Part shown: positions 23,015 through 36,287 of the stretch, one piece after another
Numbering within the stretch: position 1 is the first letter of the stretch
How the letters are laid out: every line of letters starts with the position of its first letter
NCBI GenBank assembly: GCA_013115125.1
Contig: JABANN010000237.1
Coordinates: 1 to 48,447 of the forward strand
Direction of reading: 5' to 3'
Length of the DNA: 48,447 nucleotides
From: Perkinsus olseni
Taxonomy: Eukaryota
Notes under the pieces: model-generated
What the model was told of the DNA's origin: nothing
Database searches by the model: none
Seen by the model: the letters and a program-made list of their open reading frames with translations, nothing else
Translations under genes and position numbers: made by a program

Positions 23015-25554
23015 TCAGAAGGGCAATTGACAGTCGTGACTATACAAACTATAGTGCGTGAAATCGTTCACCAATTCCGTGGGAGATGTCGCCATACCTT
23101 GAGAGTAACAATTCTTCCAGCTCAATCTCTTCTTGCAATTCGTCATCGTTAGAGAGCGGGGGGAAGACCTCATCCATGAAGAAGGGCGCGATTCCTCGAA
23201 GCCCTGTCTCCCCGAATGTGGCATTCAGCGCCTAACGAGGAGCCGCCTCGAAAACCGACGGCATTCAAACTGCTTTGTTAAGGGTCACCTCCTCGCTGGT
23301 CTCCCCCAAGAACCCCTCCTGGCTCGCTACTGAGGCCATCGTAACCGCCTTCCTATAAGCTGAGATCGTCGTCGTTGGTGTAGCGCTAGCCTGTGGACAA
23401 GAGAGATCTCCTCGTTTGAACGCTCAGCGCGGTGAAGCTTGGGGACTCCTACAGTGTAAGTAACGCTTCCGGACGTCCAGTCGAGTTCTATACCGGACCT
23501 CGTGTACTTTCTGAACTCCAGAGTGGTATTGACTGCTGAGCCAAACTTCAAGAACTGAACATGATGGCACGGTACTAGAGGAGACTCCACACAACACGAG
23601 CCCTTCCTTATGTAGGCCACTCGTGGCTTTGCTTACCTCACCGAGCAAGACATAGAGGTAGGTCGAGTCGAAGCAGAGACCATCCCGACGACGACGCTTC
23701 ACATGAGCGTACATAGTCGTGAACTCGTCATAAGGCATAGAGCACACACGGCGTGTTGCCTGATGCCACTCCCCGAGGCTACCAGTAGCATGCAAGCCCA
23801 GCGAGTCTGCCACCTATAATAGCAGAACGGGCTTAGCCTTCGAGCGCTGGGCTCAGCGACTATTCTTCACGCCTCACCGTGGCGAAGTTGCTCACAGCAA
23901 CGAATCGTGTGTTGTCTATCCTGGGCTGATACACGCCGTCGAAAGTGCAGTCTCTGACCCAACAGGTGGTAGTGCTCGACCCGAAGAGTTGTCGAACCAG
24001 CGCGGCGCATTTATCTGAAGGAACTCAATGAGCGGCTACCAGAAAGGGAGAGCCGGCACCAAAGTCGCCAGTCCCTCGCATGACTACTGCCAGCGGTATT
24101 TGAAAGAGCGCCGTAGCAAAGTCTGGCTGATAATCCATGCCCTTGAAATAGCAAGGGTTGTTGATGGTGGACACTGAATCTACCTGAGAAGTGACTGTTT
24201 GATCTGACGGGGGGTGAGGTCTCCCAGCCGAATCCCATGGCCGAGCACGCCTTACTCTGAGAAGCTCCTTGGATATGATCGCTGCGCTCACTCGCCTGTT
24301 GGCCTCGACCAAGCCATAATGCAGGTAGGACTTCGTATACAGTCTGCACAGAGGAAGGGGAGACCATGGGAACTTCGGGTAGAGAGAACATCCGCACCGA
24401 GCACAAGTAGGGAGCACTCACCGGATGGAGGAATAGCCCTTAGGCGATAAAGCCAGCGGGAAGAGGTTCTCTAGGACATAGTGGGAGCGCGTCGGGACAA
24501 AGGCAATTTGGAAGGAAGCTCCTCCCTGAAGATCCAGCCACATGCAGCAATCTAGGGATGTCCCATCACCATGTCCAGCCAACCCAGGCTGGCGTCTTGG
24601 TCGTAGCCGGCGAGCGTGCGGTTATCCGCGTTGAGAGACAACCACCCGAAAGCTGCTTCTTCCTCACCTGAGCAGAAACACTCCATCGCAAGTGGCCTGC
24701 TTTTGATTCCCAGGGCTGAGAGCGCCAGAAGACGGTATGGCACTCACCGTACTGGAAGGACTCATTCATCCAAATGCGGACCGACATTACTGCTCGCAAA
24801 ATCTTCTTAAACCTGCCACTTACCAGACAAAACTTGTGCGTAATCCTCCCGAAAATAAAACGGCGTCTCTTTCAGATACCGAATGCACTCGTGCATCAGA
24901 GCGTCACGACGAGCTGGCACGACATCCCGCATTCCTGCAAAGCGGGATGATGCAGTTACCTCGCAGCTAGCACTTAATCTCACCTGCGGTGGCTCTGAGG
25001 TAAATCGGAAAGTATTTCCAGAAGGGCCTCACGGCAGCTAAACGGCCCTTCGCATATTCCACGAGAGCCAGTAAAGACTTCACAACACTGCTGGGCGCTA
25101 ATGCCGAATATGATATGCCAGGAGATGTCTTGAACGAGCCAATGAGCTCGGGAACTAGAAAGAGTGAGACTTCCTAGACGTTACCCTATACCACCAAATC
25201 CTTCGAGATGAAAAGCTGAGATCAACGGCGACCGCGCCGGCACATACTGATGCAGCCCGACTTACACACGATGTATCTGTCGATTGAATCAGTTGCAGAG
25301 GAGTTGATAACTGGAGAAGGTAAGCGGTATTGAAATACTTTCATGCGTGATCCGCTCGATCCAGCGTCAATAACCTTGAGAGATTCACTTCGGAGTCGTA
25401 CTGGCTACCAACCGATGAGCTGGCCCCTACTGCCACCTACCATGACGTAGAACCACGGGTTGGGTGCTTCGACTGCAGTTGCATTTTCTGCAGTATGCGG
25501 TACTCTGACGGATGAAGTGGTAACGAAGAGATTCAGGAAGATGTACAGTAGCAT
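23015..25554 (-). CDS. GDA1/CD39 family nucleoside phosphatase (apyrase/NTPDase) with signal peptide or anchor
   Basis: Apyrase conserved regions: VIDAGSSGSR, YLRATAG, SGEEEAAFGWLSLN, WLDM|GGASFQIAF, ELDWTSG. Also YTKSYLHYGL, NPCYFKG, FDGVYQP. Confidence 0.93.
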
Positions 25555-25948
25555 GAATGGAGGATGCATTTCAATCCCTGAAGTTAGGCGCGGAGCTCAT
25601 CTTGTCACGGGTGAGCGGGATTGCAACTGAGCAGCCGCATTCAAAAGTTGGGACCAGGAAGTTCAGGAACGCATACCACCCAGCAGGCGACGTCGATCGT
25701 CGGCAGATTCTGTTCCGAAACAGTCGATCGGAAGCGTTGGAGCCCGATAAACATGATATTGGTCATTTTCTTCTGCACGTATTCAGAAGACTAGAATTCG
25801 TATTCGTTCAGGGCCACGACTAGAAGTAAGGGAGCCCAATGCCATCATCAACTCGATGTAGATGATATTTACATACAACCAAAAGCCGACCGAGCGTCTC
25901 CGATGAAACTCATAAGGCTTATCCAAATGACAAAAAATCAAACCCTGC

Positions 25949-28900
25949 TCATATCGCGAACTTCTCGAACTCCTTCAAAACTTCGGGATTGGCCAGAGCG
26001 CTCACGTTCTTCACCTTGCGGCGGTGGAGGACTTCGCGGACGGCCAGTTCAACAATCTTCCCATTCTTGGTCCGAGGAATGTCGGAAACTTGCTCTATTA
26101 TACCCGGCACCTGCACTCGAGTCCTCACGACTAGGTACTAGTCGTTGGCAAGTCGTCGATGCAGGAACGAGTTTCATGACACATCCGCAAGAGCCTGCCA
26201 GGCTCTTTCCATTGCGACTCACGTGGTGACGAGTACAGTTTGACTGTATTTCGCGCCGGATCTTAGCCCTCAAATCGCTGTCCAACGTAACTCCGGCATG
26301 AAGTACTACGAACAGAGCGATGACGACGTCACCGCCACGAGTGACCCCGCAGCAAAGCGCCTCCGTTATCTGAATACAACAGACATATTCGTAATCACAA
26401 CACCCACAACACGGTAAGGAGAAAAACGCCTCGAGCTGATACGCAGACTACCTCTGACATGTGCTCCACAACCTTATATATATCTGCTGTGCCGATCCGC
26501 ACACCACCGGGATTCAGCGTAGCGTCACTGCGGCCGAAGACCGCCAGTCCACCTAAGGACAACAAGGGCGAATGCTGACGAGGAGCAGGGCTAGCCGACT
26601 CACCCTCGGGATACAGCGCGCAGAAGTCACCGTGGTACCACACATTGGGGCCAAAATCGCTGCTGAAGTAGGCCGCACGATACCTGCTAGGCACGGGTCC
26701 CGAGCGAATGAGATGAAGCCTCCACTGAGTGGAAGGAGGGAGGGCGCAACGCTGAAGAGTACGCCGTCACTATGCGAGAAGCAGAACATTATTCGCTCTC
26801 ACTTTGTCTTGTTTGCGTCGTCGCCCCAGAACCCCCAGGGTTGCGATGGAAAAGGTTTAGTGCCTGCCGTTAAGGCAGTCTCATCGCTCACAAGGCTACC
26901 CCCATCACATACAGACGAGCTCGCCTGTAACGCCCGGCTGAACTGGGCGCCCAGAGTCGTCCCATACCTCTACCGCCATACCCAATCCGCGGCACTGAAT
27001 TTGCCCTCGCCTGAGTATCACCATGAATCACAGTCGATGGCGAACCCAAGAAACTAGCGACGAGGATATCGTGCGGGAGAGAGCGCAAGAAAGTAAGTTC
27101 CTCAAACGACGTTCGGCCTACCTAACGACTCCGTCAGGATTGCCCAGCATGAAGGTGCTGACAATATCGGTTCCACCACTTATAGACGAGACACAGATGT
27201 GCGGCCAGTGACTGTAGAGGAAGTCGAAATTCTCCGGTACTAGGGGGGAACCTAAAAGCCTCACCCAATCCAGTGAAACGCTCACAAGGACTATCACGGC
27301 CGCTCTGAGACACACCTGTGCTGGCAATGGTCTTGACTTGATCCATGTTGAGCTGTGATAGTAACTTGGGATCTCGCTCCACGGCTTTGCGTACGGCATC
27401 AATGTATCTAAGGCAAGTCTCAGCGGTAGCCCACGGTCCGCACCAGCCAACTGCTCACTTCGCCGAGATTCCGAAGAACTTGACACCGTGCTTCCTGCAG
27501 AGCTTCGGCAGAACGGCTGGAGTGGGATAGAACGGGTTACCATCGTATCTGAGGAAAGCTCATGGAGACCCAACGAACTCCACAGCGCAATCAAACAAGA
27601 TAAGCTCATCGGGTTGTTGTACTGTAACCTACAAGAGTATAGTCGCCTCTGAAGCCAACATAGCGGTCAACCACTGCCACATCATCCAAGCTGTAGTGGT
27701 ATAGTAACTGAGCATCATGCAGTGCCGTGTGGTCCTGCGCGGACACTCCACGTTACAAGGCCTTGTCTCCCGGACGGATATCGCAGTGGAGCTGATGTTC
27801 CTTCATCAACTGGAGGAGGCATCCGTGCTTGTGTACAATACCTGGGAGGGAGATATGACCACCAAACGCAAACAGAGCGTCAATTCCGACGGCCTCCATG
27901 CGAGCATTCTCGCTTATGAGAACGCAGTGAGTCGTCGAAGAGGTTCACATTTGGGCTTTCCAGTAGTCCCGCTAGAAAACATTATGAAGACGGGGTCATT
28001 GAAGGCTGTCTTGGTGTACTCAATGCGTCTCGGCTTGAAGCCCCTGACGAAGTTACGCAGAGTCTGGTACGGTAGACGAGTCCTCCTCGAACCAGATCGC
28101 TTGAAGGGGAGCACCTGAGCACACTGCGTCAGTTTCCCTACTCCACTGGAAAGATTACCGCCGAGGCGACGCGGTACCACGGGGCACCAGACTAGTTCGT
28201 ATGCAGTGAACCGAGCTCCCGCGAGGCAGAATGATAAAACGAATGATCGACTCACCACAACATTCCCCAGCTTGTCGTCGAAGCCAAGTTGGTGAACGAT
28301 ATCCCTAGCCGTTGCAGCCATTTCTTCGCCCATCCATTTGCCTTTGACGAAGTACCCGTCGGCCAGGAATAACATTTTCGGGGACACCTGACGATTATCT
28401 ACGAGTCCTTATTCTGTTGTACGATACGATACTCCAACACCGCGAAGGCGAAGCCAGTATTGGCACGGAAGAACGGATTTCGGGAAATGTACTTTACTAG
28501 TTCAAGAACCGTGCCCTCACCTGTTCGAATCGCTCCACCACGCCTGCAGCTCCGAAGTCAGGCGATATGCTACCTACCAAGGAAATAACAATCACCCACA
28601 CGGACCTCGTCGATCTCTGCTACTCCATATCGCTCCAAGGGATGCCAGCGCAAGCATGACTGCTATGGTCTCCGGTGTATTGGCCACCACCCCACAGACC
28701 TGCATGATGTGCTCCGTACGCCTGAGATGCGATGAGGCTTCAACTCACCCGATCGCCTTTCCCAATTCCCTTCGCCACAAATGCCTGCTGAAGAACAGAT
28801 ACCATCCCTCGTAGCTCGTGACGAGTGATTGACCCTGAAAACAGCACGAATCTCGCAAACGCGCTAAGGGAGTACGACCCACTAGTGGTCCGGCCTTCCC

Positions 28901-29435
28901 CATTGAAAATACAAGCAACCTTGTTTTTGCTCGGCCGAAGGCAATTCTCTGCTAAGTTCACATAACCGCGTGGGAAGAACTGAGCGCATACCTGAGGCCC
29001 AATAATGATAACTCCCGGAGCTGGTAGCCCCCAACTGCGGGCTCAGGCAAAACGGAACCTCCAAGTACCATGTCGGTCTCATTCTCTATGGGGACTGAGT
29101 TTTTGTCCCCTATCATCCCAACAAAGTCCCAGCAGACGGACCAGAATAGGCCTGAGAACGCACAATAATCTGTCTGGAGCGACTTCAACTGATGCAACCT
29201 GGATTCTCCACAGACCATCTGTACAGCGCTTCATAGCTGTCCACGTTGCTGTCGAACTTCTGCTGCACCAGCTGCCGGAACTTGCGCCTGAATACTTGAC
29301 TGGTGGTACCCTCCACACCACCTCTGGGAACGAATACATCTTAGTGGTGCGAGCGTAGCTCTCCTTCGGTCGCCAGAGGACGGGCGCACTCTCGGGCCCT
29401 GCCACGTGCTGTGAGACCAGTCTCAAACGTTCCAT
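25949..29435 (-). CDS. AACS: Acetoacetyl-CoA synthetase (AMP-forming), many exons
   Basis: [92 protein letters not shown]. Confidence 0.93.
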
Positions 29436-29601
29436 GATTGGACCGAACGCTCGTCACGTCCGAGTATGCCGAAAATATGCCCAGTACAAGGGCGAGGCTC
29501 TGCATTGAACGCAACAGGTGGGAGTGAGAAACATTCCCCGCCGTCGAGGACAGTAAGCACGAACGAACTCCATGAACTTGTAAAACCACATTGTGATTCC
29601 G

Positions 29602-32600
29602 TTATACTAGCGCGTCTACTGATATTGTAAGATGGCTACGCCGGCACTCGCTGTAAACACTGATCATAAGCTTGCGCCATGAGACCTGATAATAGCCCAC
29701 CCCCACGCAAGACCTCGGTGCGACGGTGGTGGAATCGTTGCGACGAGTAATGCTCACCTTCGAGAGACTCTTTGGTCTCGGGCGGCGCAAACCTCAAGAA
29801 AGACATGCTTTTGCTCATCATGCGTTCGGCAAGTACGTAACTGCACCGCCTGAAAGACCACCAAATTGATATGTGAATGTGTATTGCAGAGCGGATTATG
29901 AATGAAACGAGCGGAGGATATGAACAGTGAGCGATGAGGCCGCGGCGAGCTTCCCCAGGCTGTGAGACCTGTATAATAGGACTGCTCTGTCCCATGAGTA
30001 ACACAATAACCATTTGACTTCCTCGGCCCTGTATCCAACCTGAGGGTCACAGCGAGCATCCTGGCTCCTTCCAACGATAAGAATGCTCCCGGAACAGTAA
30101 ACCTGCAACATACCTCCTCTAAAGACGCAACTCCATTGGACTTCACGATATCATCCAAGAAAACCAGCAAATCGCCCAAAACCTGAGAACAAGACCTTCA
30201 TTATGGACAGTGAAGACCTAAAATAACGGTTCACGAGAGCCCTGAAAGACCGTTAGATCTCACCTGAAGAGTCGAGTCATCAGCTCCCTCCTGAGCCCGC
30301 AATCTCTCCCGATAATAAACGGGCAGCATCTTGCCAGCTTCGCTAGGGGAGCTGGTGAGAACCGACAGGACTACTCCTGCCACATCGAGCGCTGGCGGGC
30401 GGCGGTTTAGACACCATGATGTGAGTATCTTGTTGAACAATAAGCGCGGGTGGACACCTCTAAGGGTTTGGGGTTGCCGAACATACCTCAAGCCAGTCAT
30501 TTGACGCTATACCTCTCGTTCGAGCTGATTCCAAGATCCGCTTAGCCTCGAGCAGCCTCTTTCCAGCGCTGGGGGGATCCGAAAGGGCGCCCACTGTACA
30601 TTTGAACTCGAATAACAGTATCAACGGCTGGCACCGAGAGCCCTCCATTTCAGTGTTCTCCTCTGTAGCTGAAGCAGACCCCAGTAAGGCCAGCCCCACC
30701 TGTGGGAATACAGTTCGTGCTCGTGGAACGGCGAGCAGTTGTTCGCTTCCGTCCAGCAGTGAGGGAATGGTGATCACACAGCGCCTACTTTATACAACTC
30801 CGTCACTGACAAATTCTTCAAGCTTCTGACCTCGCAAAGGCTGTCAATCTCAGACTCAGCTGTTTCAGCCGCCCTGAAGAAGACATCATTCCAGCTATCT
30901 CATGCATCAAGAGCAAGTCTGTTGAACAGACTTGTTATCCCTCCTAGCTAACCCGAGCAGGCTCTGTTCAGTTGAACCCCCCGACAGTGGATTACGGCAC
31001 TTCCGTCGGCGTCTGCCCAGCCTCTTCCATACGCATCGCCATTCTCGTCACAGCGGTGAGCATGAACACCAGGCACATTCGGGCATCATCAGCTAACTGG
31101 AAAATGAGCATACACAGCGTCATCACAGGTGTTCGACAGGTGAGCGAGGCTGACTTCGGTTGATGCAGCATGACTCATCAGATGTGTGCCACTCACCTTT
31201 CCTGAGTCCTCCTCGCTCGGGTCTACTCTTGATTTTTCGTAAGGAAGGAGGAAACGTCGTATCAACATGCGGGCGCAACGCAATGCACGAAAGGCCTTGA
31301 AGCAGCACGCGGCGAGTCATCTGCAAGCTGTTAGGAAGAGAGACTACTACTGCATCCCAAGCTTCTGGTTCCTGGTCCTCATTGTTGCCCAGCTGGACAC
31401 CGAGGTTCCATCCAATTCTGAACATAGCGGCTACCTGCTCTATTACTCGGTCCTGCTCGGAGCCGCAGCTCTCAAGCCCATCCTGAGGGGGAAACAAGCA
31501 ATCGGAGGTGAGGAGTCCTCCCGGATGCGTTGGCGAGGAATCACGAGAACGAATAGAATAAAGTCGCTACCCGGATTTGAACCGGGGTTGTTACGGCCAC
31601 AACGTGACGTCCTAACCACTAGACGATAGCGACTCCGACAATAAAGCATGCCACGTTGGCTCCGACGGATAGGCCGTTGCATACCCAACGAAAGCCTCCT
31701 CGATGTCCTTGCAGTCAATTTGAAAAAGGTAGCGAGAGTATACAACGCACTGAATTTACGTTGTTCCTTTGTAGTTTCGCTAGCATACGAAGTCACTCAA
31801 CTCGCAAGGGCGCAATTCACTGCGACCCTCTCCGCCTTACCTGCATCAGTCCCTCGCAGGATGCTTCCAAGTAGTGTAGGGCTGCACTGTGGTCGCCGGC
31901 ATCTATTGCGTTCTTCGCTATGCAACGAAATATCGTTAGCCGATCCAGCAAGTCCACTGGTGTACCATCACTGCCCTTGCACAAGCATTGCCCCACCAAC
32001 TGAGCTCCGATGAGTTACGAAATGAGGTGTAGGCTACACCGTGTAGCTCGAACAGTTTGGTAGCCTACCTTAAGACAACGCGGCACGTACTGCCGCGCAT
32101 CCTCCAAGCCATCTAGCTTGTTCATTACGGAGACTAGAAGCTGCGGCGATAGATTCTGGTCTTCGCTTAAACTAAGCTCTTCAAGCTCGGATATGATCTC
32201 GGCAACTACCACAAAGAGCCCATTCTCTCTCGCCCAACTCCGGCACGGGTGGCAGCAAGCCACAACTATCCTTGACTCTGTTTTTATTCCGATGGATAAG
32301 AAAGCGTGGTTGCAACCCTGGTCAAGCCAATTGAGCTTTCAATCATCCAAGTCCTCATGGTCCTCGGTACACGCACACTAGTCATAGCGATGACATCCCT
32401 CAGACTTTAGTCCAAGGTGACAGCCAGAGGCGGCAGACAGCTCTCACTGGTTGTGGTGAGCCGTCCATCGATTGCGCAGTTGACCATCGCGAGTAGAGGT
32501 TGTGACTTTGCTGTGGCATCCGGACACAGGCGCAATGCTTCCTTGGAGAGGCGAATACCTTCCGGAGGATCAGTTGCCCCGCCCACATGATAAACCAGCA

Positions 32601-35600
32601 TGACCTTCCTCGTAGGCAGCAGATCTGTATGAGCAGAGAGCTTGCGCTTGCCAGCAACGATACTTGGAGTCCTCATCGACAGTTTGCAAACACAGTTCGA
32701 ACCACGTCGATGCCGCCACGTAGTGACCACAAGTGTATAACTGAAAAACACGTCTCGGGAGTTTGGTTGAAAGACATGAAAGGTTGTTCGGCTACCCCTG
32801 CCGCCATGTTCCAAACAATGCCTGAGCATTGAGACTTCACCTCTTCGTCTACCCAAATATTCTTGCCCGACATGAGAACTACAATATCCCGCAAAACGTT
32901 GCTCAGACCGTTTGACGCGGTATCACGCAGACGCACACCTAGAGAAAGCACGACTTAGTGTTCAGCCTACGGCCGGTTATACGAGTTCAACCTTGTTTGG
33001 TACGCCCAGCGTGCTTGGCGATTCGTGAACGAATCGCCTCATACGATCCTAGCCGCCCGCACGAGTCGTAGCACGAACGCACCGTTGGTCTAATGGTTAG
33101 GATATCTGCCTTCCAAGCAGATGGTCCGGGTTCAATTCCCGGACGGTGCATTATATACATGATACCGCAGCGTGTTGAGCCTTTTTTCGCCGCGGACTTA
33201 TTTCGATTGAAACTCGATTCAGCACAAGCTTTCAGCACAATATCAGTTTTGAGACGTGACACGGCTCGAGAGGCTCAGTCGGGCCGTCTCTATTTGAGCG
33301 GCAGCTGGGGAAACATGCTAAGCCGATCTTCGCGGGAGAGTCCTCCATGCGAGTCCTAGAGGACTTGAGTTACACAGGCCAAACCTCGGACTAAGGTGGC
33401 TCCAGGGGAACGGAGACGCGCGCGAAGATCACCTCTGCACACCACTGATCGCGTGCCCTTCGAAGAATGTACCTACTCCCCTGTTTACCGTCATTCTTCC
33501 CCTCCCCGCGTGGAATAGCCCGAGAAATAGTTCCTATAGCATCCGCTACGCTAGCCGCCAGCAGTATGAGCGAGGGGCCGTCACAGTCACGCTGCAAGGA
33601 TTGCAAGACTAAACTGAGTGCCTGATGAAACGTCGCATTACGATCATCACAACCGAGCAGCCGATCGTTCTCAATGGTGACCAAGGTGCGGTCTATCGAG
33701 TCTCCTTAATATCACGATTCCTATATAGCCTCGGAACCAAACCATGGTAGTCCGTGTAGGCAGCGAATACGACTAACGTAGAAGGCATACCTCGAGGATC
33801 TCGTCCAACCTCGCTGATGAGCCGTCGACTGGGCTCGTGTCCTCAGATAGTGTGACTAATGCATGCAGTAGCGGCTCTCCGAGGTTGAATAGCCTGTCCG
33901 ATGGGCTGGATTGGAACTCCTGTGGGACTTCATCCCCCGCTGCACAATACTCTTCCACTAATCTCTTCAGCTGAAATTCAACTACAGATTCACGGCAGTC
34001 GATTACAGACGCTCACTTCCCCCGTCTTGATCAGCTCCTCGGTGGTGCCTGCCTTGATCATCTTCGGCTGGGCATTGAGGACAATCCACACAGCCACGCG
34101 AACGCTATCGTAATATCCCCTGGCAACAGCCGGGTGAGCAGGCCCCGCCGATTGATCCGTTTGCCCCACCCGAATGCCTTGTGTTGAATATCCTCTCTGA
34201 TTGCGACTTGTACAAGTTCAAGAGCTTTCTCTGGTTGCCGCTGCATAGAGTGGACCTCAGCCAGTAGGCGGCGGATCTCACTGCGAGCCTTGCTCAGTTG
34301 CATCAGGACTGCGAGAACCGAGCACATACGGTCAGTAATGTTCTGGAGCTCCCCTTTGCTGCAGGGCCCATGCGCTTCCATTCGCCCACTATCGATTGTG
34401 TCGAAGCTTTTACTAAGGGTTGAGTTTAGTCTAACGACCCACCCCGGTCGATGCAACGCGGATCGTCAAGATTCGCCAGCCTACCCGTCGTCTCGAGATC
34501 CATACGGGGTGAACTGCCTTCTGATAAAACGTCAACCGAGCATTCCAGCAGTTCCACAACCTTCGACAACTCAGGAGGGGGTGTCGGGACGGCCGAGGAC
34601 GACCATCCAGGCAGGCCTGAGATCACAACCACGAGCAGACCAAGAATAGTTGAGTTGCTCAACCAGCCATATTCGCTGTGCCCAAAGTAGCCTACCGATA
34701 GCCCAATCGTTGCCGTTGGCTGAACTCCTGGCCCGTACCATCCTAATGCCGATATCCCTGCACTGATAGGCAAGCTCAAGCTCTGCCTCGATTCGTCTGT
34801 AACCCGTCCAGTTTGACAGCAAGGAACGGCAACTACTGATCGTCTGAGAAGAACAGCAATAACGTCGTAATTACACGAGCAGAGCTCTACTTGAACAGCT
34901 CCATCCCAGCTTCCAGTAAGACACAAGCCTTGAGCCAAGTGCAAGGCTCCCGAGTAGGCTGCGTTCTTCGTTGTTTCGCTGACCACTTCCTCGGATAGCT
35001 CAGTGACAGCTTTCTTGAATATCGTGATTCCTCGTGTTAGAGCAGCGTTGGCTGCCGCCCATTCTTCAGGACCACCCGAGGACAATGACAGCCAACTCTG
35101 CCCAGTGCGCAACCTACGACCGCCCACAGTCCCCAACCGAGCAAGCACACAACCGCTACCAGATCTTGATGAGATTGTCTCTTTGTGAGCGAGTTTCCTC
35201 ATCGTCACCGCCAGAATTGAGCATTTCCCTCGTACCAAACTCCAGCGCCCGCGCCGCTACTTCTCGGCAGATGCAGTCGAGCTCCTACATAGATGAGCGG
35301 TCCATGACGATATAGACCGGCCACGGACTACCCGAAGCTTGATGATCACGGCCTCTTCCACAGCGGCGGACTTAAACTCGTCTATGTGCTTGGAGAGGGA
35401 TATGCAAACATGCCACAGCCGATATGCTGGGGTGACGAACCTTGACTTGCGCTACCATCCATTAGGATGCATAGCATCTACTTCGTGTATTCATTCTCCT
35501 TTTGGGCGTCCGACGATCGCTTACACTCAGATAGTACTTCGCTAGCGAGGTCAGAAGCCTCATGCACCTCCTCCAGCCTGCACGGATAGACTACCTCAGT

Positions 35601-35979
35601 GAAGAACGCCATGAGGGAGATGTCCACGAAGAGACAGAGTGGGGGCGAAGATGATCGCGAAGCTTGCCTGATATCCCCCTTCGTGACGCCTTCAGCCGTT
35701 CGTTGAAGCGCGGTTATCAGCTGAGCCACTCTGATAGAGAGCGTCTTCTCCGAAGTGTTCTCGGTGGAAGCGGCCAGACCACCTGGTAGGTGACCAGACC
35801 CTACCAAGAAGGACTTCGATGAGCCGAGCAAGGGTATGGACATTATGCCCTTCTGAAGCACTGTCAACCGAGATGAGCAAGTCAAAGGACACTCAGCCAT
35901 GGAATGCTGTCGACGAGCTCGGGATACCAAGTGAGCGTCCACTAGCCTCGATTCCACAGCTCCCGTCAACGGGCGCCAT
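29602..35979 (-). CDS. ZIP4/SPO22/TEX11-like meiotic TPR protein; multi-exon, start approximate
   Basis: Helical TPR-like exons with TEX11/ZIP4-like blocks in order: RRLLAEVH...EKALELVQVA, SGIVWNMA, MFRIGWNLGVQ, YRAEEVKWLLCYSWDRAVLLYR, AERMMSKSMSFL..KES..MISVYSE. Confidence 0.7.
31562..31633 (-). tRNA. tRNA-His(GUG), intronic, same strand as the host gene
   Basis: Acceptor stem gtcgcta/tagcgac; anticodon loop ttGTGgc; T-arm cccgg-ttcaaat-ccggg; one C.A mismatch in the anticodon stem; U at position 73. Confidence 0.88.
33079..33150 (+). tRNA. tRNA-Gly(UCC), intronic, antisense to the host gene
   Basis: Acceptor stem gcaccgt/acggtgc; tctgc-ctTCCaa-gcaga; ccggg-ttcaatt-cccgg; T6 run at 33182-33187 as probable Pol III terminator. 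Confidence 0.93.
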
Positions 35980-36287
35980 AAGAAAGCCACCGGCAATCAC
36001 CACGGGGAGGGTTCCTCCCCGTGGTGCGTCGAAATCCCCCCTCCTTACCCTCAAAAAATATACCCGACGCAAAACGGATTAATACTAACTTATTTAGTAG
36101 TTCACTGCGGATGAGAGGAAGGTAAATGTGACACAACTGCTCTGGGGATGCCTCTCATTAAACGGGCTCATGAGCCACTATTGTTAGGTCTAGAAGAGAG
36201 GTTAAATGCGACAATTGTGCAGTAACAAGAAATAGAGACGAAAGAATAGTTCGAAGATCTCCATGAAAGACGGAATCGTAAATTAAG

